Assembly (NCBI GenBank): GCA_964503125.1
Contig: CAZCZE010000020.1
Coordinates: 159,979 to 223,978 of the forward strand
Source: an uncultured Gammaproteobacteria bacterium
Lineage (GTDB): Bacteria; Pseudomonadota; Gammaproteobacteria; Steroidobacterales; Rariloculaceae
Direction of reading: 5' to 3'
DNA: 64,000 nt
The notes under the pieces are model-generated. The model saw only the letters and a list, made by a program, of their open reading frames with translations. It ran no database searches and had not been told where the DNA came from. This document shows, piece after piece, positions 32,012 to 43,835 of the stretch (its first letter is position 1; every line of letters begins with the position of its first letter). The translations under genes were made by a program, and so were the position numbers.

Positions 32012-33262
32012 TTACCCTGTCGCAGTCGTCGTGCGCGGCGCCTGTTGGTGCCCCGCAGCCTGCTTGTATTTCGTGACGATGCCGTCGAGCTCGGCTCGCG
32101 ATATCACGTCGTCGATACGGTCGAAACCCCGCGGAGCCCGCTCCTCGACGATATCGAGGATCACGTCGATTCCCTGCTGGCGGTTCAGGCGCACGATGGC
32201 CGCCGCCATCGGCCGGCGTTTGGCTTCGTAATCGGCGAGTGCAGCCTCGACGTCCGGAATCGCCGCCAGCGACTCCGCGAGCGCCGCAGCGTCCAAGATC
32301 GCCTGGCTCGCGCCGTTCGAGCCGATCGGGTACATCGGGTGTGCGGCGTCGCCGAGCAACGTGATACGGCCAAACGTCCAGCGCTCGAGCGGGTCGCGGT
32401 CGACCATCGGGAACTCGAACACGGCGTGCGCGCCGCGAATCACGGCCGGAACGTCGAGGCACGGGAAGTGCCAGTTCTCGTAGCGCGGCAAAAAATCGGC
32501 GAGGTTGCCCGGCCGGTTCCAGTCCTCGCGCCGCGGCAGCTCCGTGGCATCGAGCTTGAGATCGCAGATCCAATTGATCATTGCGCGGCCGCGTTCGAGA
32601 TGAGGCTTCGAGATCGGGTAGCAGACGAACTTCTGCCGATTCGTGCCCGACCAGATCTGCGAGCGCCCCGACAGGAACAACGCGCCTTCCGTGACCCCGC
32701 GCCACATCTGCACGCCGTTCCATTTCGGCGGCCCTTCGTTCGGGTAGAAGTGCGAGCGAACGACGGAGTGGATGCCGTCGGCCGCAATGAGCACGTCGGC
32801 GTCGAACGTGCCGACCGGCGCGTCCGTATCCTTGTCGACGAACGACGCGCGCACTTGGCTGCCGCGCGGCTCGAGCGCCGCGAGCCTGTGGCCCGTCCGT
32901 ACGCGATCGGCTCCGACGCGCGCGCAAAGCGCGTCGAGAAGCAGCATTTGAAGCTCGCCGCGATGAATCGAGTACTGCGCGTGCTCGTAACCCGCAGCGA
33001 GACCGCGCGCGTCGACGAAGATCTCCTGGCCAAAGCGGTTCATGAACACGATCTCTTTGGCGTCGATGCCGGTCGACGCGAGCCGCTCGCGCAAATCGAG
33101 CGCCGTGAGCACGCCGACGGCGTGCGGCAGCAAATTGATGCCGACGCCGAGCACGCGCAGGTGACCGACCTGCTCGAACACCGTGACGTCGAATCCCTTG
33201 CGCTCGAGCGCGAGCGCCGCCGCGAGCCCACCGATGCCGCCGCCGATGATGGCGATCTTCAT
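32012..33262 (-). CDS. FAD-dependent aromatic-ring monooxygenase (salicylate/3-hydroxybenzoate hydroxylase-like)
   Basis: 416 aa with MKIAIIGGGIGGLAAA (a GxGxxG Rossmann motif) and the GD motif LLGDAAHPMYPIGSNGASQAILDA. Confidence 0.9.
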   Translation of the reverse strand: MKIAIIGGGIGGLAAALALERKGFDVTVFEQVGHLRVLGVGINLLPHAVGVLTALDLRERLASTGIDAKEIVFMNRFGQEIFVDARGLAAGYEHAQYSIHRGELQMLLLDALCARVGADRVRTGHRLAALEPRGSQVRASFVDKDTDAPVGTFDADVLIAADGIHSVVRSHFYPNEGPPKWNGVQMWRGVTEGALFLSGRSQIWSGTNRQKFVCYPISKPHLERGRAMINWICDLKLDATELPRREDWNRPGNLADFLPRYENWHFPCLDVPAVIRGAHAVFEFPMVDRDPLERWTFGRITLLGDAAHPMYPIGSNGASQAILDAAALAESLAAIPDVEAALADYEAKRRPMAAAIVRLNRQQGIDVILDIVEERAPRGFDRIDDVISRAELDGIVTKYKQAAGHQQAPRTTTATG

Positions 33263-33280
33263 GTTTCCCGCTTTGCCGGC

Positions 33281-33394
33281 CTACTTGATCTGGTAGACCT
33301 TGATCGGGATTGCGCCGAGCCGGCCCTCGGGCGCCTGGAGTTTCACGCGGCCGTTCAGCTTCGGCCCCGCGAGCGTGCCGTGCACGGTAGCCAT
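33281..33394 (-). CDS. Possible 37-aa small protein upstream of the monooxygenase
   Basis: MATVHGTLAGPKLNGRVKLQAPEGRLGAIPIKVYQIK. Third-position G/C is very high (about 34 of 37 codons), consistent with coding. It lies 18 nt upstream of the next gene. It has no recognisable family and a weak RBS. Confidence 0.25.
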   Translation of the reverse strand: MATVHGTLAGPKLNGRVKLQAPEGRLGAIPIKVYQIK

Positions 33395-33423
33395 TTTTCG
33401 AGTCGCGCCCGGGTGCGGTGCGA

Positions 33424-35925
<2,502 letters not shown>

Positions 35926-35935
35926 GGAGTTCTCG

Positions 35936-36445
35936 ATGACGACGCTACGACGTGCGCGCCTTGCCGCGCTTGGCGCGACGGCGCTGGTCCTCGCCGCGGC
36001 GAGCGCGCCGCGCCCCGTGCGTGCGCATCACTCGTTCGCCATGTACGACGAGAAGAAGACTTACGTCCTCACGGGCGTAGTGACTCGTATCAGTCCCGAC
36101 GCGAACCACTTGCAGATCTTCTTCTCGCCGCTCAATGAGGCGCGCAATGCCGTGGTTCGCGACGCCGCGGGCCAACCCGTCGTGTGGGCCGTCGAGCTGC
36201 GCGCCGCGAGCCAAGTCGCCCAAGAGAACGTGACCGTGGGGACGTTTCCTCCGGGAACCATCTTCAGCATCGGTCTCCATCCGTTACGCAACGGTTTACC
36301 GGCCGGGGGTCGCGGTAGGTCGGGTTTGTTCAAGTGCCCGGAGAAGACGCCCCCCGCGCCGGGTGAACATTGCGACGGCGTGGCCGGGTCGACATCGCAT
36401 GGTCAGGGGGCGCTGCCCGCGCCGACCAGCGAATGGCGACCTTGA
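35936..36445 (+). CDS. DUF6152-like small secreted protein (copy 1)
   Basis: 169 aa with a signal peptide ending ..PVRA followed by HHSFAMYDE. The family name is from memory and needs an HMM check. Confidence 0.7.
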   Translation: MTTLRRARLAALGATALVLAAASAPRPVRAHHSFAMYDEKKTYVLTGVVTRISPDANHLQIFFSPLNEARNAVVRDAAGQPVVWAVELRAASQVAQENVTVGTFPPGTIFSIGLHPLRNGLPAGGRGRSGLFKCPEKTPPAPGEHCDGVAGSTSHGQGALPAPTSEWRP

Positions 36446-36479
36446 AGCGCGCCACCGAATAGCGGCGCGCTACTCGCCG

Positions 36480-38696
36480 CTACGGCCGGGTGAGCGACAC
36501 GCGCTCGTGGTGCTCGAGATGCATTTGCGTGTCGGCCGTGGCGCCCGGCCAGTTGACCAATACGGTAATCGGTGCGCGATCCGCGTTCGAGGCGGCGCTG
36601 TCCACGAGGAACCGGCTGCCATCCGCGGTCACGGCGTAATGATCGCGAGCGTCCGCCGGCCCGCCGCCGAGCGGCGGGCGAAACAGCGGGCGCGGTGGAC
36701 CGAGCAACAGCGGCGCCGAGCCCGACACTTCGACCGACATGAGCTCGCGGTCCAGGGACATGAAGAAGATCTCGCGTTGGTCCGATCGCCATTGCGGTTG
36801 CCCGCCGCCGGCATGGGAGACGCGGTATTTCTTCTCGAGCTGCGGATAACTGACGACGTAGACCTCGATCGTGCCCGATTCGTCCGAGGCGTAGGCGATC
36901 CAACGGCCGTCCGGCGAGAAGCGTGCTTGCATCTCGTTGAACGCCGTTGCGAGCAGCGGCGCGGCGCGCTCGTCGGCGACCGATACGGCCCACAGATCGA
37001 GCTTCGTCTCGCCGTTCGCCTGTGTGTAGACGATGGTGTCGCCGCGCGGAGACCAGTCGTTGAGCACCTTCACGGCGCCGTCCCGCAATAACGGTCGGGC
37101 GACACCCTCGCTGGCCGTGGGGCGGACGAGCAGGTCGATGCCGTTGCGCGAGGTGAAGGCGACGCGGTCGCCGCCCGGTGCCCAGAGCGGCGCCATGGCA
37201 TCGGTCTCGAGTCTCGTGTACTCCGCTCGCGACAGGTTCGCGAGCCACAGACCCGGGTCGTTGGTGATGGAGCCCGTGGCGAGCACGGACGTCTCATCGG
37301 GCGACAGGCGCGGATTGAACAGGGTCGTCGGCACGGACAGCGAGCCGAGCTCGGCACCCGTCCGGTCGAACCAAGCGAGGTTTTGGCGCCTGGCGCCCTC
37401 GCGGAAAGCGACCAGGTTGCCGGCGGCGGACACGATGTCTCCATCCCCGAGTGACGGTGGCGAAACGTCGCGTGCGAGCAGAATCGAACGGCCCGTCGGC
37501 TCGAGGCGCGCCAGGTCGATCTCCTCGGCGACCAGCATGCCGTTTTGCACGTGCATGACATAGCGAGGGGGCGCGAAAACGGCGGGCGACTCCGTCGCGA
37601 ACAGCAGCTCCGCGCGCGCATCGTCGAGGCTCGCGACATAGACGCCCGTTCGCGCTGCGTCGAGGCTCATCGCGTGGTAGAGATAGCGCCGCCCGTCCGG
37701 GAGAAACTGCGGCCACGTGTGGGCGAGCTCCCGCGCATCGCGGTCGAGCCTCCTGAGCTCACGGATGGCGCCGTCCCCCGACGCGTCTACGGCATAGAGA
37801 CCCGTCGGCCAGTCGGCAAAAACGATCGTGTCATCCACCCCCCACGTGCCGCCGGCGGGTGCGATGTCGCCGTCGGCGACGATTCGCGTCGTCTCGCCGC
37901 GGAGCTCCACGATGCCGATGCTTCCGGCCGCGAAGAAACCGATTCGTCGGCCATCGGGTGACCAGAAAGGCTTCGACGCGCCGGCGGTGCCGGGCAAGCG
38001 TTTGGCTTCGGACGACTGCAACCGTCGCAACCATAGCGCGCTCTTGCCGGAGCTCACGTCGCGAGCGACGAACACGAGATGCTGCGCGTCGGGCGAGAGC
38101 ACGCCGCCCGACACGATGGCGGTGCCCGGCGGCGGCGGTAGGAACAAGCGGATTGCCGCTGTCGTATCGTTGCCCGGGCTCGGCGCGCGCGACGCGAGCA
38201 CGGCGAGCCCGCTCAGCGTCACGGCAGCGACCGCCGGCCAGAACAGGCGTCCGCGTCCACGGGCCGCGGCCTGCGCGGCGGTAGGCGCTGCGAAGGCCGC
38301 GGTCGGCGATTCGTGGGTCGGCGGCGCCAGGTCGGCGGCGACGGTCTCGACCGCGCACACGAAGCGATAGCCGCGGCGAGGAACCGTTTCGATGAGGTGG
38401 GGTGCATCGGGGTGATCGGCCAGCGCGCGTCGAAGGACCGAGATCGCATGGATCAAGCTGTCGTCGGTGACGATGACGTTGTTCCAGACGGCGCCGAGGA
38501 GCTCTTCTTTGTCGACGAGCCGGTCGCGATGCTCGATGAGGTAGACGAGCGTGTCGAATGCCCGCGAGGGCAGTGCAATCGTCTCGTGCCGCCCCCGAGA
38601 GACTTTCCGGGCAGCGACGTCGACCCTAAACGGGCCAAAGACATACGGGCCGCGCGCCGTGGCCGGTTTCGGCTCGTGAGTGGGGCCCGCGGACAT
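36480..38696 (-). CDS. Membrane-anchored winged-helix (CadC/ToxR-like) transcriptional regulator with periplasmic TolB-like beta-propeller
   Basis: The start MSAGPTHE is at the complement of 38694..38696, within track ORF 36480..38873. It has an OmpR/PhoB-type wHTH (..VPRRGYRF), one TM helix (LFWPAVAAVTLSGLAVLA) and repeated PD40/TolB-like blades (FSPDGRWIAY, WAPGGDRVAF, LSPDETSV). Confidence 0.85.
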   Translation of the reverse strand: MSAGPTHEPKPATARGPYVFGPFRVDVAARKVSRGRHETIALPSRAFDTLVYLIEHRDRLVDKEELLGAVWNNVIVTDDSLIHAISVLRRALADHPDAPHLIETVPRRGYRFVCAVETVAADLAPPTHESPTAAFAAPTAAQAAARGRGRLFWPAVAAVTLSGLAVLASRAPSPGNDTTAAIRLFLPPPPGTAIVSGGVLSPDAQHLVFVARDVSSGKSALWLRRLQSSEAKRLPGTAGASKPFWSPDGRRIGFFAAGSIGIVELRGETTRIVADGDIAPAGGTWGVDDTIVFADWPTGLYAVDASGDGAIRELRRLDRDARELAHTWPQFLPDGRRYLYHAMSLDAARTGVYVASLDDARAELLFATESPAVFAPPRYVMHVQNGMLVAEEIDLARLEPTGRSILLARDVSPPSLGDGDIVSAAGNLVAFREGARRQNLAWFDRTGAELGSLSVPTTLFNPRLSPDETSVLATGSITNDPGLWLANLSRAEYTRLETDAMAPLWAPGGDRVAFTSRNGIDLLVRPTASEGVARPLLRDGAVKVLNDWSPRGDTIVYTQANGETKLDLWAVSVADERAAPLLATAFNEMQARFSPDGRWIAYASDESGTIEVYVVSYPQLEKKYRVSHAGGGQPQWRSDQREIFFMSLDRELMSVEVSGSAPLLLGPPRPLFRPPLGGGPADARDHYAVTADGSRFLVDSAASNADRAPITVLVNWPGATADTQMHLEHHERVSLTRP

Positions 38697-38786
38697 CGTT
38701 CGTTCTTGGTTTTTCCGGAGTTTTCCGCGAGTTTCGGGACTTGCATTCGAGTCTAGCGTACGAATTCTCGGAGCGGCAAGCGGCGC
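38684..38786. repeat. 103-bp direct repeat, left copy
   Basis: GGCCCGCGGACATcGTTCGTTCTTGGTTTTTCCGGAG...GAGCGGCAAGCGGCGC is identical to 50201..50303 except for one C/T difference (38697 vs 50214). It contains the first 4 codons and the 5' leader of the regulator gene. Confidence 0.95.
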
Positions 38787-38832
38787 GACCGGCGCGCGTG
38801 TCGGGTGCCATTCATCGCAGGGACGCGACACC

Positions 38833-39507
38833 ATGGCGCGCGAGCGGGCGCGGCCGCGTGCTCCACCGTTCATCGATCCGCCGGGTTACGCACGCCACCG
38901 GCCCGAGGCGACGCTGCTCTACCAAGTCGTGGAGCGGCACTACCCCGAGTTTGTCGCCACGCGTGAAGCTGCTGGCCGACCTTTACCGAAGTACGTGCAC
39001 GAGGAGTTCGAGGCGTACTTGAGGTGCGGCCGCCTCGAGCACGGTTTTCTGCGCGTCCGCTGCGAGGACTGTCACGCCGAGAAGCTCGTCGCGTTCAGCT
39101 GTAAGCGCCGCGGCTTTTGTCCCTCCTGCGGCGCCCGGCGGATGACGGACAGCGCTGCGCTCCTGGCCGACGAAGTGTTACCGAAGAAGCCGCTACGCCA
39201 GTGGGTGCTGTCGCTGCCGATGGCGTTGCGCTTCCTATTGGCCACGGACCCCAGGGCGCTGACGCAGGTGCTTGGGATCGTCTATCGAACGATCTCGGCA
39301 CCCATTCTCAAGAGGGCGCGGCTGATGCGCGCGAGCGGTGCGACGGGCGCCGTGACGCTGATCCAGAGATTTGGGTCTGCGCTCAATCTCAATATTCACC
39401 TCCACATGCTGGTGCTCGACGGCGCGTACCTCGTCGACACCGAGCCACCGGTGTTCCGCCGGATCGCGCCGCCTAGCCTGGCGGAACTACAGGCGCTTGC
39501 GCTATGA
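38833..39507 (+). pseudogene. IS91-family (Y2/HUH rolling-circle) transposase, N-terminal fragment
   Basis: MARERARP... has a zinc-binding region, CEDCHAEKLVAFSCKRRGFCPSCGARRM, and an HUH-like NIHLHMLVLDGAY. Similarity ends around ..PPSLAELQALA at about 39500. Confidence 0.8.
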
Positions 39508-41268
39508 CCTGGCGCCGAGGAAATCCCGCAGGAATTCCTCGCGTGTCAAAGGGGGTCGAACGTCGTCTCCCAACAACTCCTGTGAAGAGGCTTCCTTTCT
39601 TAGGATGCGGTCATATTCAAACGGCTCTATGGTCTCGTCGCATAGCAGGATGAGGTACTCGACCGAGCGCTCCTGCCCTCTACGGTGGATGCGGTCTAGA
39701 CTTTGGAGATAGTGCGCAGCTTGGTTAGACATCGACTCGTACACCGCGTAGCGCGCTCGGTGCAATGTTAGGCCAGCGCCGGCAGCCGCAGGGTTGCCGA
39801 CGAAGAGCATGGTGACGTCATCCTCCTGGAACCTTCGAACGGCCTCCCGTCGGTCGTTGACCGCCGAGACTGAGCCGTCAATCCTCACAGGATTGTAGTT
39901 GCTGTAGCGAGAACAGAGCGCATTTACAGACGCCGTAAAGAATGACCATACGATGACCTTCTCGCCCTTTGCTTCGATAAGATCCGTAAGGATGCTGTCA
40001 AGCGCGGCAAGTTTCGCGGGAAGGCCGCAGCCAAAGGCCGAATCTATCCCAATTGGGTTGGAGCAAATTTGGAGGAGAGCCGTGCGCCTCGCCATGAAAG
40101 ACGCCAGATTCCGTTTGAAGCTTATTTCGTCAGTGGCGCGGACATCCTCCAGCAAGCCGGACATCGCACTCTCATACAATCGCCGCTGAGCTGGCGGAAG
40201 CGGGAGTATGATGCGCCGGAACGCGCGAGCGGGTAGATCGGGCAAGACTGCGCCCTTAAGTCGACGGATGTACACGCCGCGCGCCTCAATCGTCGCCGCG
40301 ACTACGTCCCTAGCGGCAACAGGATCGGTAGGCACCTCAACGCCCGAAAACGTCTCACCATCGTCGGCGATGTTGAATTGTTCAACAAGGTCAACCGCGC
40401 TATTTGGGGCGGGCGTCCCGCACAAGACGATACATCGACCAGCTTCGCGACGGAGCCTTCGTAATGCGCGAGCCCGCTGGGCTTCGGCGTTCTTCACAAA
40501 GAAGCTCTCGTCCACAATCAGTATGGCCCGCCCTTTCTCTCCCTGTAGTAGATGGCGTATCCGGATCTCAAGCTGCGTTGCCGTTTCGAAGTTGGTAACA
40601 AATATCTCGGCAGGCTCGTCCAATGTCGCACGCTTCTCTGCCTCATGGCCTACAACGGCAGCGGCCCGGTACTTGCTACCAAAAAACCTTGTGAGGTCAT
40701 GCACCCATTCGAGCACCATGTTCTTCGGCGCGAAGATTACCGCGCGTCCGACCAAGCCCTGTTCGCGAAGCCTGTCAAACGCGAACAGGGCCTCCACCGT
40801 CTTACCAACACCCTGCTCGTCAAATATGCAGAGGCCGCGGACATCTGGATGCGCCGCCAACGCGACGGCCGTAACTTGGTGTGCATCCAGAGCATCGATC
40901 CGCTCGTAGCCCTGCAACCACATTTTCGCGGTCTCTGGGGAGGCAATGGCTGTCCGGCAGGCCGCGAGGGCAGCGCTGTGCCACTGACGCCGATGTCGCG
41001 CTGACGTAGCCGCCGCGAGAACGCCCGCTGAGACTGCAAAGGACCATCCGTCAAGCGCAATACGGCAGGCTTCGAGTTCCAACACGTCAACCAGCGCACC
41101 GCCCGCAACCGGATCAAGTTGCAGTGAGATGCCCGCTGTCCGAAGCGTCCGCTCTAAAGTGCGCAGTCTGGCGCTGGGACCAGGCTTGATGAAACAGCGA
41201 CCATCGCGCGCGAGGTTCGCATGGGCATCAAGCTGCGGCATTGGAATCCTCAGGCTGGCTGTTGTCAC
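39502..41268 (-). CDS. SNF2-family helicase-like ATPase
   Basis: 588 aa with motif I DEQGVGKT, motif II VDESFFVKN, motif III LCGTPAPNS and helicase-C QSLDRIHRRGQ. The alternative start MPQLD is 27 nt downstream. The stop sits right at the left junction of the cassette. Confidence 0.85.
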   Translation of the reverse strand: MTTASLRIPMPQLDAHANLARDGRCFIKPGPSARLRTLERTLRTAGISLQLDPVAGGALVDVLELEACRIALDGWSFAVSAGVLAAATSARHRRQWHSAALAACRTAIASPETAKMWLQGYERIDALDAHQVTAVALAAHPDVRGLCIFDEQGVGKTVEALFAFDRLREQGLVGRAVIFAPKNMVLEWVHDLTRFFGSKYRAAAVVGHEAEKRATLDEPAEIFVTNFETATQLEIRIRHLLQGEKGRAILIVDESFFVKNAEAQRARALRRLRREAGRCIVLCGTPAPNSAVDLVEQFNIADDGETFSGVEVPTDPVAARDVVAATIEARGVYIRRLKGAVLPDLPARAFRRIILPLPPAQRRLYESAMSGLLEDVRATDEISFKRNLASFMARRTALLQICSNPIGIDSAFGCGLPAKLAALDSILTDLIEAKGEKVIVWSFFTASVNALCSRYSNYNPVRIDGSVSAVNDRREAVRRFQEDDVTMLFVGNPAAAGAGLTLHRARYAVYESMSNQAAHYLQSLDRIHRRGQERSVEYLILLCDETIEPFEYDRILRKEASSQELLGDDVRPPLTREEFLRDFLGARS

Positions 41269-42550
41269 CCTCGCTACTGGATTGCAGTCCGTGAAGGATC
41301 TTCACGGTGTCAGTGAGTATCTGGCGCAAATGATCAAGGCTTGTCGGCGTCAGCCGTCGATAGTCCTCCCGTTTGAAGCTGTCCAGCCAGGCCGCGAAGT
41401 GCGTAATCCGTTCGTTCGCTGCGGACTTGTCTTTGATACGCACGGGATCATTCGAGATGACCGTCTCGATAGCCCGCTTGACCCCCTCGTCATCATCGGC
41501 ATTCGCGTGTTTGCGCGCCTCAGGATCTTGCAGAATCTTCGGAACCGACCTGACGTCAACGAACGATTTGAACTTGCCCTCCCAGAGCCAGCGAAATACT
41601 TCATCGCGTGCATCCGGGTTCGTCTCTAGCGTCCCCCAGACACCTGGTTTGCTGAGCTCATCGAAATACTCGAAGTTTTCTTGAATCTGCAGCTCGACGT
41701 CGACCTCCGGTCGGTCGAACTCCTCTTCGTGGTACTCCTTGAACTGGGAAGCCAAACCAAACATTTTGATCCAGCGGTCAGCTTGCCGCCAGCCACTCAG
41801 CCCAAACTCCTCCGCGATCTGCACCTTCGCCGCACGTTTGACCTGCGGATCATGCGGATCTTCCGCGGCGAGACGCTGGTAGATATTGAAGACCTCCTCC
41901 GCTTTCACGTACGAGGGCCACGGGATGTGATCCTTCTCCTTGAAGTTCAGCTCCGTCAAGACGGCCCGTTTGACGGCCGTGTCCGTCTCAGGGTCTCCTG
42001 ACGGAACGTGCACGTAGGCTGGCAGCCAGCGCGCTTGATTCCGCGCGCCGCTAAACGCCGGATCAGTCATGATGTGTTGAGCGCCATACCGGCGGCGATT
42101 GCCATCCCACAGCGTGCCGTGATTACCATTCACGTGGATGAAGATTGGTTCCTGCACACCATTCGCGGCGATGTTGTGTGCCATGCGTTCCAGGTGGAAC
42201 GGCTTTCTTGATCGAGCCGACTCGCCGCGATCGGCCTCCAACATGACTTCGTAAATTTCTTGCGTCGTGGGCTCCTTATTCATATCGCCCTGCCGTGCGC
42301 GCCATCGACGCAAGTAGTGTTTCAGCCGGATGTTCTCGGCCCAGCCGTCCACGTCATCGATATGAACACGCCCGTACCACACTGATACCTCGCGGCCGTG
42401 GTACCTGCGGGTCATTCGCCGAGGCTGGTGCTCGGCGTCGGCGCTCGCGACTTCGCGCACGTACCGATCGAGGATCGTCGGCCACTCGGGGCGACGACCT
42501 GCTTGGCCCGTACCGGGCGGGGTAGCAGTGTTGGCCATTTGAGTCTCCAT
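41228..42550 (-). CDS. ParB/Srx-fold N-terminal domain protein (arginine patch GNRR) with HTH-like segment
   Basis: 440 aa with QEPIFIHVNGNHGTLWDGNRRRYGAQ, which resembles the ParB box II GERRxRA NTP-binding patch. It is followed by IAEEFGLSGWRQADRWIKM (HTH-like). No recognisable nuclease domain follows. Confidence 0.65.
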   Translation of the reverse strand: METQMANTATPPGTGQAGRRPEWPTILDRYVREVASADAEHQPRRMTRRYHGREVSVWYGRVHIDDVDGWAENIRLKHYLRRWRARQGDMNKEPTTQEIYEVMLEADRGESARSRKPFHLERMAHNIAANGVQEPIFIHVNGNHGTLWDGNRRRYGAQHIMTDPAFSGARNQARWLPAYVHVPSGDPETDTAVKRAVLTELNFKEKDHIPWPSYVKAEEVFNIYQRLAAEDPHDPQVKRAAKVQIAEEFGLSGWRQADRWIKMFGLASQFKEYHEEEFDRPEVDVELQIQENFEYFDELSKPGVWGTLETNPDARDEVFRWLWEGKFKSFVDVRSVPKILQDPEARKHANADDDEGVKRAIETVISNDPVRIKDKSAANERITHFAAWLDSFKREDYRRLTPTSLDHLRQILTDTVKILHGLQSSSEGDNSQPEDSNAAA

Positions 42551-42594
42551 TGCGGTTAGTGTGTGTGCATGTGAAAGACGCGCGCTGTGACAAG

Positions 42595-43395
42595 TCAGCT
42601 CTCGTCTTCATCGAGTTGATCGACCATAAAGCTCCCGCGGGTCTCCTCGAACGCCGCCACGAAACGAGCAGGCGGTCTCAACCCTAACTCCGTCACTACT
42701 TTCGGAATCTCGACGTGCAGCGCCGCGTAGGCTCGCTGCTTAGCCTTCCTGAAAGCGGCGGGCTTCATCCCCAAAGAGGCCGCCGCCATCTGTGACTGCA
42801 CGTCGAAGTCCTTGCGAGCGAAGTCGAACTGGAACGTCGAGAGATGTCGGATCAGTGCACGCTGCTTGAGCGTCAATTTCTCAAGAGCCGCCTCGACGAC
42901 AACCACTGCCCATGACCCGTCCGCCTCCACGTCGCTGAGAGTTTCCTCAACAGCGACCACAGCCCAGGCCGCGGGCACGAGCGTTGACCCATCGACGGAT
43001 GCGTCTGTTGCATCTGCGCTTGCCGGCGCCGGTGCAGACAATGCCTCAACCGAACTGACCAACTCATTGCGCCGTCGGCGGTGCAGCGTAGCGCCGCAGT
43101 TCCAAGCCGATCGCGCTAGATAGGCGTAGGGATCGGAGATTCGTTGGCCGTGTCTGCGCTCGACGAACGCCTCCAGAGCCTCCGCAATACAATCCTCAGC
43201 ATCCGAGATCTGTAGATTGAGACCGGATGACACGAGCCGCAGCAGGCGCGGTACTCCTTCCCCGACCATGACCTGGTAGAAGGCGGCTCGATCAGCTGCT
43301 GCCCAGAGTTGCGCCAGGCGTGTCGCCAATGACAACTGTTCCTCTTCATCTTCGTTTGACACGCCGGCCCGCTTCCCCGCCTCCGTTCTATCCAT
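42595..43395 (-). CDS. ECF-sigma-factor-like protein
   Basis: The start MDRTEAGK is at the complement of 43393..43395, within track ORF 42595..43521. It is region-2-like (ISDAEDCIAEALEAFVERR...DPYAYLARSAWNCGATLHRRRRNE) and region-4-like (LTLKQRALIRHL...QMAAASLGMKPAAFRKAKQRAYAAL), with an Ala/Asp/Val-rich linker between. Confidence 0.55.
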   Translation of the reverse strand: MDRTEAGKRAGVSNEDEEEQLSLATRLAQLWAAADRAAFYQVMVGEGVPRLLRLVSSGLNLQISDAEDCIAEALEAFVERRHGQRISDPYAYLARSAWNCGATLHRRRRNELVSSVEALSAPAPASADATDASVDGSTLVPAAWAVVAVEETLSDVEADGSWAVVVVEAALEKLTLKQRALIRHLSTFQFDFARKDFDVQSQMAAASLGMKPAAFRKAKQRAYAALHVEIPKVVTELGLRPPARFVAAFEETRGSFMVDQLDEDES

Positions 43396-43637
43396 CACAT
43401 AGACGCGAGCCGTGACACTCGGCAGCGATCGCGCGCTCGCACACGCCAGGGGAAGCGTAACAAGCACATAGACTTGCACGGCGCCTGCATAGATGCGTAG
43501 TTGCGCACCTATGTGCGTCAATGCTCACTGACGCACAAATATGCGCTAATACAAGCCAAAGCCCGTCTGTTTGCGTCTTACAGCACGAACCGGCAGAATC
43601 TTGCGCTGCCTTAGCGCAGCGATAACGAAGGGCGTCG

Positions 43638-43835
43638 ATGAGCAAGACTGTGAGGTTAAGTACGACGATCGACAGCCGATTGGCAGTGCGACTCCAGCGC
43701 GAGACCGACGAACGGACGCCTCGGCTTCCTAAGAGATACGTCATCGAGCTCGCTCTCCAGAGACTCTTCGAGGCCGTTGACCGTGGTCAGCTGGAGTTAG
43801 GACTAGGCGACGATGCCCGATCAAAAAGCGAATAA
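43638..43835 (+). CDS. Ribbon-helix-helix (CopG/Arc-like) small DNA-binding protein
   Basis: 65 aa. MSKTVRLSTTIDSRLAVRLQRE is a beta-strand plus helix pattern typical of RHH. It overlaps the C5-methyltransferase start by 23 nt and is divergent from the sigma-like operon. Confidence 0.55.
   Translation: MSKTVRLSTTIDSRLAVRLQRETDERTPRLPKRYVIELALQRLFEAVDRGQLELGLGDDARSKSE

Noticed and set aside
38700-38790. Palindrome-like segment CGAGTCTAGCGTACGAATTCTCG within the 103-bp repeat as an operator
   Set aside because: Only the outer CGAG/CTCG and the central CGTACG are self-complementary, and the arms do not pair. It is not sufficient to call a site.
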